From: Sphaerodactylus townsendi
Taxonomy: Eukaryota
Assembly: GCF_021028975.2 (NCBI RefSeq)
Contig: NC_059425.1
Span: 189,038,001-189,102,000, forward strand
Direction: 5' to 3'
Length of the DNA stretch: 64,000 bases
In this document: positions 48,006 through 59,910 of the stretch, piece after piece
Layout of the letters: each line of letters begins with the position of its first letter
Numbering within the stretch: the stretch's first letter is position 1
The notes under the pieces: generated by a model
The model's input: only the letters and a program-made list of their open reading frames with translations
Told to the model about the DNA's origin: nothing
The model's database searches: none
Translations under genes and position numbers: made by a program

Positions 48006-51000
48006 AAAGGAGTCAGCTGTGACTAGACGGTTAATTTTCCACCAGCAGCCTTTGTCAACTGTGAAAGCGAGAACGAAAAGGAAAAGCGGGAGAGTCTTTG
48101 GTGAAGTCATCCTATTTTGGTCTTAATAATTTAATTATCAGCACAGTGTGTCATTGTTCTATAATTATCTTGCTTCGAGGCTCAGCGTGGCCACTACTTT
48201 AATGTGAAAGATCTCATGGTTGCAGTTATAATAGGCGCCGGCGATAGTATTTATTCAAGAAAGAGAGAGACGCAGAGATAAAACTTCACATGGACTTTTT
48301 TATCCGGATTGCAGTCAATTAGATTCTGAACCGGGCAGCCATAAGGTGCATTGAGTTTTTTACATTATGCAGAGCGATTGGGAAAAAAAATTTGTTGTAA
48401 GAAGTTTTTGTTTTAAAGAAGATGACAAAAATATTGCTAATGGAAAAATAACCAGTTGGATGGCATTCCAGGCCCAGGTTTTTTAATCCTTAATAAAATT
48501 AGGTAATCTAATACTCTTCGATGTAAAAGGTTATAAAGGGACATTCTAAAATGAGTTTTGTGATTTGAGGCTCCATCTAACAATACCAAGGATACACTTT
48601 GGTTCTTAATGCTGCCTCCCCTACAAAAGTCTTCTTACTTGCTGCAGTTGCAAACTTCTAATTTCCATAGCAAGAGTCAAGTTCGTTGGCCCTAGAGGGA
48701 TCCGCTTTTAAAATTGCTCATTTTCCACTTGATTAGCCTACAACTAAAACTCTCTGCAAATCAAAGCTCTAATTTTGTTTTATTGGGTGCTTTTTTCACA
48801 TCTAGGCAGTGTGGGACTTCATAATTTCAGAATGGATCTCCTTTGTATTTCCAGTTTATGGAAATTTAAGATAATGCATGCGGAGGGATTAAATGTCACT
48901 CCTTTAAAATGCTCCCTGTCTCTGTAGGTGAGGAAACAAATACAATTCATTAGAGAATCCTACGAAGCATCTAAGAGGAGGAAGTGTGAAATAACGTAGA
49001 TTCTCGGTATGGATCTGAAATCTTGCACCTAAATCGTAATGTTCAAACCACATGCGGGCAGCTTATTGAGGGGAAGTTGGCTGGTATTTATATGTCCTTC
49101 CTCCCCGAACACGAGAGGAAGTGTCAAAAAATAACACCCCTTGTTCTCGTTGCTGTAGCAAAGCAAAGTGTAGAAAGATTTTGCTACGCTGGAAAAGAAG
49201 AGTAGAAGAATGTGCTCTCAGAGCAGATGCTTTGCCTTCTTTTTTGGGAAATTATCCATTAAGCCATTTGCAGTGACCCTAAGAGGGATTATCTGTGACA
49301 TCCACACTGAGTTTCCTTGTATTGCGGCGTGTTTAACTTCAAAATCATACTGCAAACGATGCAGAGCTAATCCAAGACATGACTTCTAAAGGCCCTTTGC
49401 AGGAACTATAAAGGAACTAATCAGAAGCATGATTATAAGCCACTGCAAATAGAAGTTTGATTTTTTTTCCCGAACAAATGCTGTTAAATGTACAACCCAA
49501 TTAAGGCCATTTTTTATTTTCTTTAAAAGATGGTGACCAAGGGTGGGAAGGGAATTATCGTACGAAACTGAGTTTCAGCCGGTTTCTTTAATAGGGACTC
49601 TAATTTGGATCATTCCTTTTATTAAAGAAGCAATTTGTTGTATGCCGAGCCGTGTTTTTTCGCCTTTCATCACTTCTTGCAACTCTTGGCCTGAAGCAGC
49701 TACGCTGGAAGTATCCTCAGTTAGCTTCCTGCAGATTTGTTTCCTAGAAGCTCCACACAGTTCTGCCCGATAACCCCATAGTGCCCTTGAGTTGGGAATT
49801 GAGCACAGCCCTAGGCCCAACAAGTGTCGCCAAGTATAAATTCCATGCAGATGTATATAGCACATTTGGAAACCAATGACTCCTGGCCTGACCAATTAAA
49901 ACTCCATCCATGGATGCATAAGACCTCTTTTGTCCAGTTCTGTCCTGGTAAAATTGATGGGGATGAGGAAGTAAAATGAAAAAAAACGGAGAGAACCTGA
50001 AGATTTAGCTTTGTAAGCATTAGCAGCTTGTACAAAAGGCGCACCTTCGGAAGCATTAGGAGAGATTTTGCTCCACCGAAGCGGATTTTCTCCTCACTGA
50101 ATCACATACATTTGGCTGAAAGTTCTGAAAATTACAGATCATAAACTCCAGTGGGGGGGGGGGGTTGTTTGCCATCCCCAGGTGGCTCCTTAAATTTTTC
50201 CTATTTTGCTTGAAAACTGCAATTGAAGGGGTAGGGGTGGAGAGGAGATATTTACCTTTGACATCTGACCTTGGCCAATATGTCAGCTAAAACAATAGAG
50301 GGGTGGGGTTTAGGAGAATACAGCGGTGATGGTTTTGTTGGCGGATCAAGCGATTGATGCCTCGTCAGTCATTTAGCCAGAGTGGTGGCCGGTGTTCATT
50401 TTTTCAGTTGTTAATTAAGCTAGCGGGTTATGAGTAGGGAATAGAAAGACAAAATTTGTGTACCTGCAAAGGTAGTTTTCTGCTCTTCTGCTTGTAACTC
50501 GCCTCTTAAGGAGTTTAAAAAGGATTCTTGCATTAAAGAACATTTTTTTTAATTTCACAAGTGCGGGATGGGCATTAAAAGATTCAGTCCCTCCTACATT
50601 ACTTCCATTTGACTTGTCCATAATATATATGGAGCCTTAGGATTAGATTAGGTGTTTTTCGGCGTTTATGTCTCCTTCTGTAACACACATTGTAATGTCT
50701 GTATGAATATAAATATTTTAATATTAAGTCCTGTCTTAATGGGATAATGGAGTAAGAGGCAAATGAAAACAGGCACTGACTTCGGCATATATATTTTTTA
50801 ACTTCTCAGACTTCCCTAAAGTGCAGCAAAACAGGACTCCGCTTATAGCTTCCTCACCTGCCATTTCTTGGAAGGGCATGAGATAGTTTTTCTGTGAAGA
50901 TTTTACTTAAGTGCTAAAGCTATGATATTATCGCACTGGCAGCCATTTGGTCTGAAAGTTCCTTTTCATAAAAAAATGGAACAAAGTTATATTTAAAATC

Positions 51001-52617
51001 CTATCTAACCATGCAGGGTATTATTTTTATTGTGCTCTTTTCCCCAAGAGTGCAGGGATCTTGAAGGTGGCACAGAGTACTGTGCCAATCATGTAGTACT
51101 AGCACTCAAAACTCCTGCAAGCTGGCAACTTGAGTTCGATCACTGACCAGGAGAGTCAGTTTCAGGCAGCTGGCTCCCAGTCGCGAAGCTACCAGGGGAT
51201 GGGGTGCGCCACGCACCGGCCGACCGCGACTTTGGGTCACGTGGGGGGAAGTAAAATTCTCCCCTTCCCCTGTGGCACTTCCCCCACACTTACTTTAGGG
51301 AAGCCAGAGCGGAAGGAGCTGGAGAACAAGCGGAGCCTGCCTGTAGCCAAGAACATTATAGCAACATATAGAACAAGCCAGCTGGATCAGACCAGAGTCC
51401 ATCTAGTCCAGCATTCTGCTACTCACAGTATGGCTCCACCAAAAGGTGCCTTTTGGGAGCTCAATGCAGCTACAATGTAAAAGCAATGACAGCTTCTGAC
51501 CTGCTGTTGCTGTTCACAGCCTCTGGTAGAACTATATTTCCCAGGGTCTCCTGGGAAATGCAGATTCCACACACAGGAAACCTGTTCTCCAGCTTGCTTG
51601 AACCTCAAAATGATAATGAGGAGTGTAGTGTGGGGGGGTGCTTTCGCGGGGGGGGGGGAGCCAGAGTCGCGCACCGGGCCACTCTGGCCCAGCTACGCCT
51701 CCTGAAAGCTGGCTCAAAGATCAGTTTGCTTTTCCCATCAACCTTCTGGAGGCTGGTAAGAGTAGAGCCGGCCACCTGGACTTGCTGAGATGAGAGAGTA
51801 TAAAAGATGACCACAGAAGGCAGTGGCAAAGCACCCCTTAAACAAAGAGCTCTGCCCAGTAGAAAATGATATTTGTGATGTGGCGTCCACCCTTGCTTAA
51901 GGGTCAATAATGATCCAGTGCTTGCTTTCTTTACCCTCTTTTCCCCGAGGGCATTGAGGGAGCTCAGGAGACCAGCCTGCATGGCTCTTGCGGTTTTGGT
52001 GGCCCAGTTTTATTATTTCACAACAGTCCTGTGAGGTAGGTGGTCGCTGGGAGAGAGTGTAGCTGGCCCAAGAATCCCTCAGCAGCAGTTTGATGTCAGG
52101 AATTAGGATTGAAACCTGGATCTTTCCTGGTCTGAGTGGAGGGCCTTACAATTAGAAGCAGGGCGCCTCAGTTGCTTCAGTAGAGTGAAGTAATGGGAAA
52201 TGCCATCCACTACTAGAAGGGAGAAGTTGGCATTGAAGCCGCCCCAGTAATCCAACCATGGTGTACTTAGTCATACTGGTCAGTGTCAAGAGATCAGACT
52301 ACTTGGGCATTCCCCTTACTTATCTCCATCTTCACTGCCCAAAATGAGATTCCAGAGTCAGAGACCTTTATTACGCACTTATACAACATAGGGACAAAGG
52401 AGCAGAAGTAAATGCGTCAGTAAAAGAACAATGTGAATAATGTGAACCCAGACAGCCAAGGGAACCTTAATCCAAAAAACACACAGCAGAAATTTGGCTA
52501 CAGTTTTCAGTTATTTCAGCCTAAGGACTGAGAGCAAAAAGTCATTTTGCATTGGTAGGAAGGTCCGAGAACACGACCCGAGAAGGTTCAAAAGGCAGAG
52601 ACGCAATGGGCCTAAGC

Positions 52618-53198
52618 CAGTGATGGCGAACCTTTTTGAGACCGAATGGCCCAATTGCAACCCAAAACCCACTTACTTATCGTAGAAGTGCCAACTTACG
52701 GCAATTTAACTTGAATACTTGAAGGGTTTTAGTTTAGAAAAAAACAGTTGGTTAGGAGACTTGAAGGTGGTAGTTGTTGACTTTGCTTTGGCTGGAGGCA
52801 ACCATGCGAACTCTTCTAACTTGAAAGTGAATCATGGCCCTATTTTCGGGAGGGTTTGCTCAGAAGCAAGCCCCATTGCCAGCAACCGAAGGCTTACCTC
52901 CCCAGATAAAGGATTGTAACTTTAGATTCTTTGCATGAAAATCAGTTGGAGACTGGCTTAACAGCGGTGATTTACAGGGTTACTTCTAGCATAGCTTCTT
53001 CAAGAAAGCTAGGTCTTAGGTTTAATTAACACCAATAATTCCAAAGCCCAGCTGCCCAGGCCATCCTACATGTAGGGGAGGATTCTACTCCCCCCCCCTC
53101 AATATGGATGAGACTCTGTTTGCATGTGCCCACAGAGAGGGCTCACAAGGGGGAGTGCCACCACTGGCACCCGTGCCATAGGTTCACCCATCACTTTC
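52618..53198. mobile_element. hAT MITE, ~500-bp family (copy 3, indel-rich)
   Basis: Homologous to the 9200 and 12860 copies; TSD GCCTAAGC/GCCTAAAGC. Confidence 0.85.
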
Positions 53199-55379
53199 AG
53201 CCTAAAGCTATGGGAAATTACTTCTAAGAGAGGAGGAGGAGGGGGGAGGAGGGAGGAGGATTTTATATCCCTTTCTCTCTCCTGTAAAGAGGAGACTCAA
53301 AGGGGCTGACAAAACTCGCTTCTCCCTTGTGTTCAAAGCGAGAGTCAGTATAAGAAGGGCAGAAAGAACGAGTGTCAAAAAATTAGGGATTCAGAACTCT
53401 AGCTGAAAGGCAGCAGATATGCATCCATTCATTGCCACACACCTGAGGCTGTGGATGCTTGCATAGGGGTGTGTAGTTATTGCCTTTGCTGGCCCCAACC
53501 CCCCTTGCCGACTCTGGGTGCACTCATCCAAAATGGTGAACAGAGTGCTTAGTATGCATGAGGAGCGTTAACACTTAGGGCAGGGTCTCCAATCTTTTTT
53601 GAGCCTATGTGTGCACCTCTGGAATTTCTACACCAGAGATGGTGGGCACAGTCACAAAATGGCTACCACAGCTTACTGTCAGTGGCTCCAGTGAAGATCC
53701 TTACAGTTCTGTAGAGGCAGGCTGCTGCCAAAGGCAACATTGTTAAAAAATATGTCAAACCAACCAATGCGATCTCTGGTGGCCAATCAGAAGCCATTGG
53801 CTGGGAAAAGCCCCACCTGGCCCTGCCCTGAATTTTCTAAAAGCTCTTGGTAGGCATCAGGAATATATGTTAGCACCGCATGGGTACCATGTTTGGGAGT
53901 ACCCCTTGACTTAGGAGAGTTGTGTCCCTACCATTTCAGATGAAAGCCACCAGGCTCGATTCCTCGCGACTTGCGTTATCGTAACCTTAGTTCGAGAGAC
54001 TTCGTTCGAGCCTTGGTGCTCCGCAGACAACCACTGGGATCGTACGTGGGTTTTGTACCAATGCTTCGCCCTGTGTAATAGCGGTCAAATTTCCCAACTC
54101 CAGTTGGGAATGACTACTTCTTTCAGGGAACCACGCTTTCGAAGACTCCAAGCTCGATTCCAGTAAAGGTGCAGAATCTCTGGTGCCAGGAGTCCCCATT
54201 CAGCCAATCCACAGCTGAGTGTTTCGGGCATGCACCGCATTACAGGCTGGCCAATCAAAAAACGGCACCTATCGGGTCTCCTCCATTTCCTGCTTGGCAG
54301 TTTTTTCTTATAACTGTTAATGTGAGGATAGGCGGAACATGGCGGCTAGAACAGTAGCCAATTTAGGAACGGAGGTGGGTGAAGAGGCACAGGATGATCC
54401 GCCCTCCGAGCTGGGGATCAAGCGCTGGTTTCAGTAAAGGGAACAACAATGGTAAACTTCGACCTGGAAATTCAATACCGCTTCTCAGGGAACTAGAGTC
54501 GAACCATGTTATTACCATTATGTGGAGATTGCCCACATAGAGGTTGGAAGATGCCAGCAGGGTCAGTCCACTTAGCTTCTCACATATTCATGTTCACCAT
54601 GGCTGAAACAGGCAGCCTGACTGCCCCACCCCCTTATCTACTGCGGTGAGAGTACCCTCCTTCCAGAGGGTTCACTAGAGCACCTACTCTCTGTCCTCTT
54701 CACCCAGGTGTTTGGCTGGATTCTGCCCACTGGGAGGGGCCCCGAAGTTTTGCCTGCTACACCTCTCCCCTTTTGTAGTGGAGTGGGTAGCAAGGTGGAG
54801 TGCTGGAGATTTTAGATTTTTGGGGAGGTTAGGATGGGATATTGTGGTGATTATGCACGACTGTTGAATTTTACTGTTGTGATTTTACTATTGCCATGGG
54901 GGGGGGGTTGCAACCCTTCACTGAGGACTGTAATGAGTAAAGGGTGGGGAACAAATGTAAAATAAAATAAATGATTGTCAGACATGCAGCTTGAACAGAA
55001 GCACCTAATCAGACCACCAAAGTTGCCACGAGAGGATGACTTTTTGCGCCATCAAGATTTACCTCATGGAAGCTCTTCAGTCTTATTTTAGTCAATTAAA
55101 AAAGTGTTAATCACAGTCTTAACCAAAATACATCAAGGCTGTTTACCATGTGAAAAGAATAAATACCAAAACATTAAAACCAACATTAAAATATGAGCAA
55201 GCACAACAGCTGAATTGGAAGACCTTAGAATCCAATTCAAAGGTAAAGAATGAGAAATATGAACTAGCAGATCTTATCCATCATAGTTTATTCTACGGAT
55301 CATTGAGCCAGCCAAGATCAAAGAATTAAAATCATAAAATTTTACAGATATTACAAATATACAGATTCAAAGACAGTTA

Positions 55380-56360
55380 ACAAAATGCGAAGATAATAGG
55401 CCTCTAACAGAGGAACTCAAGGAACATCGAAGCTCAAGATGATGAAAATGGAAGTGGAAGTTGTCAGTCTAATAATAATTAATAATAATAAGGATTAAGC
55501 TGGCAGGAGCCCAATGAGTGCTCTGTCGGGCCTTCCACGATTTTACTTGCTATCCAGGACCAAACTTGGCAAGAATACGTTAGATTTTTTATTGGTATCT
55601 GAAGTAACAGTGATGTTTTAACCTTTTTCTTTCTTAGCCAAAGGAGAGTTTGTCTGGTCAAAGGACAAGAAGCATCCCAGCGATATCCTCATCATAGTAT
55701 GGAGCATTCAGAATAATATATGTTCAGGAGTTTTCAAGCACCTCCTATTTGACAACTGCAAATTCTACCCTCAGTTGTTGAGTACTTTATTTATAAATCC
55801 CGTTCAGGTATAGATTTTCAGGGGTAGGGAACCTTTAACTGCTTACTCCAAAGAGCCATTTTGGACCCGTTTTCCACGGGGAAATAAAACACTTGGACCC
55901 ACAAATAATTTTTTTTGACATTTAAAATAAAGAGATAACACTTTATTTTTTACCTTTTACTCCGCTCGATTCTGAGAAAGCGCATGGAGGTGCCAGCCCT
56001 GCTGCCTGCCAGAGTTTGGGCAAGGATAGAACCGACTGCTTTCATTTCGTGGAACCACAGTGCAAGGGGCAGAAGGAGCTGCATGCGGCTCTCTCGAGCC
56101 GCAGGATTTTCCTACCTGGTATAAGTTAGGCCAGAAAGGGTGTTGTATAGCGGAATAGGAAACTGTAGACTCTTCAATGCGTTAACGTTAAACAAAGAAG
56201 TAAAGATAAAGGCATTATTGAAAGGATTTATTCAGCATTATTTTACTGAAAATTGGGTGTTTAAGTTTATTTCAGATAAAGTGTTGCCTCCTAGAGCATC
56301 TATGATTCTAAGTTTAACAAGGATCCCTAAACTCTACGTAATTCATGCTGGTAATTAGTT
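55380..56360 (-). mobile_element. Degraded RTE-X-like 3' region with a hAT MITE inserted at about 55819-56119
   Basis: Minus-strand F..NAL.S...Y..IP..ER...C...VE...HI...C..Y remnants; the insert is homologous to 58500-58925. Confidence 0.55.
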
Positions 56361-57056
56361 GTTGAGAGAGTCCATAAATGTGATAGTTTCCGTAAAAGGC
56401 TGCTCCTAAGCCGCGGGGGAGCGAATATGTCGCTTTTGCACAGAGGAAAGCCGGGGAGGTGTCAGTCAAATGCTAGGTGGAAAAAAAAAGAGTCTACGCG
56501 CCTAAAACTGGGCAATGGGTTCTGGAAGCGACCAGGTGTATAGAGACGGGAGTTCCACCATCAAGACCACCATCACGCGAAAGCTACCTAAGGATCATCC
56601 TACTTCACTTCTGAAGGAGTGGACCCTGGCTTCCTGAAAGAGTAAGACATCATTTTTTGAAGTTTGCACCAACCAGTCCCACTGGTTATCGATTTTACGC
56701 TAGGAAGGTTTGTGTGTGAGGAAGTGGTCCTTAAATACCTTGGATCCAGACAATTGAGCTTTAAAGGCTCTAGCATTTTTTACTGAGAGGAGACAAGAAG
56801 AGTTTGGATTTATATCCTAAGCGCTACTACTCCTGTAGAAGGAGATTCCGTGGCTTACAAACTCCTTCCCCTTGCCAATGGAGCCAATCCCACAACAGAC
56901 CCTTTGAGGAGTCCAGTTAAGGACTGAGGGAAGTGCTTTGAAGAACTTAATTGGTAAAGGTCACCCAACAGGAATGCTTAGAAGTGGGAAAACACAATCT
57001 GCTTCTCCAGAAAGTTAAGAGTCCACAGCTCCTAACCACTATACCACCTAGAAGGG

Positions 57057-57597
57057 CAGTGATAAGCGAAGACCTTTTTGAGGAATAAAGTGCCCAGAAT
57101 TTCCAACCCAAAGGAAACCCGCCTTATTTATACATAGCATAAAGTGCCAACATGCAGCGAATTTAACCTGAATACTAAAGGAGTTTAGTTTTAGAAAAAA
57201 TGGATTTGGCTCCAAGGCACGCATTACTTGCAGGAGACAAGAGTTTGTGAGTGGTAGTTGGTGGCTTTGCTTTGAAGCCAACTTTCCTTCCAAATGTTTC
57301 CAGCGGGTGAATCCGACCCCAGAAGGGTTTTAGAAGCAAGCCCCATTGCCAGCAACCCGAGCTTACTCCTGGTAAAGGATGTTGTGCTTTTAGTTCTTCC
57401 CATGAAAATTAGTGGGGTTTAACAGCACTTAACAGGATTACCTACAGGGCGTGCCCAGAGGACCAGCCCAGCCAAAAAGTGTGTGTGTCCGGGGGTGATT
57501 TTCTGCCCCAAAGGCTGAACTCTGTGCATGTGTTAGCCCCACAGAGAGACTCCTGAGTGCCACCTCTGGCACCCATGCCATAGGTTCGCCACCACTG
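57057..57597. mobile_element. hAT MITE, ~500-bp family (copy 4, indel-rich)
   Basis: The right TIR ATAGGTTCGCCACCACTG is intact; TSD ACCTAG(AA)GG/ACCTAGGG. Confidence 0.85.
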
Positions 57598-57941
57598 ACC
57601 TAGGGAGCCCAGAAGTGAATGGGTAGGCACTATAGCTCTTTCTGAACTTGTAGAATTATACCCCCATAGTAAAGTGCTAGTTGGCATTCTCCTACTGCAT
57701 TTTGCACCAATCAAATCTCCTGAACAGTCTCCACAGGCAGCCTCGCAAAGAGCACCGTGGGCATTCTGAAGACTTAAGAAACTTACGTTGATGTGTTTGA
57801 AAGAATTTCAATAAAACTTCCTTAAGATCAGTAATTATGACAGATTTTAAGGCTCTTTTAAAATTAAGTGGTTGGGAATGCTGACGGAACTTCAAATTAT
57901 TTTGAATGCTATAGGACATGAGCAATCACTACATGGCTATT

Positions 57942-58075
57942 GAAAACAGGTTCTGGTGGGTTTCCCGGGCTTTGTGGCTGTGGTCTGGTGGATCTTGTTC
58001 CTAACATTTCGCCTGCATCTGTGGCTGGCATCTTCAGAGGTGTATCACCGAGGGAAGTCTGTTACACACTGTGTG
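57942..58075 (-). mobile_element. Penelope-like element pLTR fragment
   Basis: Reverse complement of the 7370-7497 family. Confidence 0.8.
58000..58040 (-). ncRNA. Minimal type-I hammerhead ribozyme motif (Penelope-associated)
   Basis: CCU-CUGAAGA-U-GCC(AGCCACAGAUGCA)GGC-GAAA-UG-UU-AGG: intact CUGANGA and GAAA cores, 3-bp helix I, GUU cleavage triplet, loopless helix III. Confidence 0.65.
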
Positions 58076-58499
58076 AAAGTTTAGGGGAACCAATACATTG
58101 TTCAAACAGGAGGAGGAAATGTGGATACTGGTTCATGGTGCTTATGAGAAGCTCCTGCAACGTCCGTCCGTTTTATAGAAGGCAGTAACAGTGAAAAGGT
58201 TCCTGTGCAACATCTTTCTGAGAATGGAGCAGTCATTGGAACTGACACCAGCAATGAAAACTCTACACAGAATGGCCCAGCTACGCCTCTGGCAGTTATT
58301 ATTACTTGGCATATGATCAGGACGCAATGATCAAAGTTTACCATTTTCATTTAGTAGGTAATCATAAAAAGACAGCAATAAGAAGTAAAAATCTGATCTG
58401 TCGACTTGACCCTGGTGTTTAACTTTTCAGGGCTGTGCGATGGGTTGTTTTTTTTTCAAACATATTTTTCAGATAAACACCTGTCTGGTTTATTTAGGA

Positions 58500-58925
58500 C
58501 AGGGGTAGGGAACCTTTAACACTCAAAGAGCCATTTGGACCCGTTTTTCACAGGAAAAGAAAACACTTGGAGCCACAAATAATTTTTGATATTTAAAATA
58601 AAGAGAACACTATATATATTGGGGTTTTTTCTACCTTTTACTCCGCTCATTCTGAGAAGTGCATGGATGCATCAGCAGGGCGGGCAAGGATGAAGCCGGT
58701 GGCTCGGCCTCGCCGGCTGCCGGGAAAGCGCCCACCCTGCTCAAACGAAGGCCCGAGCTGAGTGGAGGAAGCCGCAATGGCCCGGCCCGAAGCCAGCCGT
58801 GGGCAGTTGAATTAAACGCCCGCCCTGCTGCCTGCAGGATGGGGCCGGTGGCTCTGCTCATGGAGCCGCAGTGCAAGGGCAGAAGAGCCGCATGCGGCTC
58901 TCGAGCCGCAGGTTCCCTACCCCTG
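58500..58925. mobile_element. Young hAT MITE
   Basis: Perfect 16-bp TIR CAGGGGTAGGGAACCT; perfect TSD ATTTAGGA; CpGs retained. Confidence 0.94.
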
Positions 58926-59003
58926 ATTTAGGACATTATAATTTTTAGTAATTGACACCCCAAATCTTCCAAAAGTTGGTCTGTTGGTCTCCAGGGTGAG
59001 ATC

Positions 59004-59061
59004 CTGTGGATGCCTCCGAATATTCGGTGCTGCTGTGGATGCCTCCGAATATTCGGTGCTG
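59004..59061. repeat. Perfect 29-bp tandem duplication
   Basis: (CTGTGGATGCCTCCGAATATTCGGTGCTG)2; each unit contains the 12-bp palindrome CCGAATATTCGG. Confidence 0.95.
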
Positions 59062-59389
59062 CTCTGACCTTATTTTTTAGAGCAGACCTTTTGCCACCCC
59101 AGATCATCTCTGACTTCTTTCTTCAGCGCTTGCCATGGAATCGATGGATTTACTATTTATGTTATTTTTATTATATTGAATTTATATCCTGCCCATTCTC
59201 GGCCAAGGCCAAGCTCAAGCTGTATTATTTAGACAGGCAATGCCCAGTTTCCTGATCATTATCTTCTGCATGTGCCTGTATCCTTCGACATCCCTCGTAA
59301 ACTGTGACATGTGTTGAGTGTTCACGTGGTATCGGAAGTCCCTTCCAACTTTCAGCAGTCCTATGAATGAATGGCCCCAACATGAATAG

Positions 59390-59590
59390 GCTGGACGACC
59401 TGATTTCCTCAGATCTCAGAAGCTGAGCAGGGGCGACCTTGTCAAGTGTTTGGATGGAAGACCTCCAAATAATACCAGTGTCATGACAAAGAGGCCAGGC
59501 CGTGGCAAACCACCTCTGAACGTCTCTTGCCTTTAAAACGCCACCAGGTGTTGCCAGAAGTCAGATGTGACTTGACAGCAGAACAAAAAT
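59390..59590 (+). mobile_element. 5S-derived SINE
   Basis: CCTGATTTCCTCAGATCTCAGAAGCTGAGCAGGG...TTGGATGGAAGACC...GGCAAACCACCTCTG. Confidence 0.78.
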
Positions 59591-59769
59591 GACAAAACAT
59601 CCTACAAAAATGTCTACAACGAGCCTTTATTGGCATTCAAAGGTAAAAAAAAGAAACAAGACCCACAGTGTACAAAAACTACAGCAATATATGGTGCATA
59701 TGCATTTTTAAAAGGCTATTACCCTTTCATTATTACTAAAGGAAAGTTTGCAACAGTCTCCCAGAATAT

Positions 59770-59770
59770 C

Positions 59771-59811
<41 letters not shown>

Positions 59812-59910
59812 TTAATATTAATATTAATATTAATATTAATATTAATATTAATATTAATGAAATTAATAATAATGTGGTAATGTATTGAAATAATATTATA
59901 ATAATAATAA
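59770..59910. repeat. (TAA)n/(ATATTA)n low-complexity tract (probable RTE-X tail and Dong target site)
   Basis: Directly visible. Confidence 0.93.
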
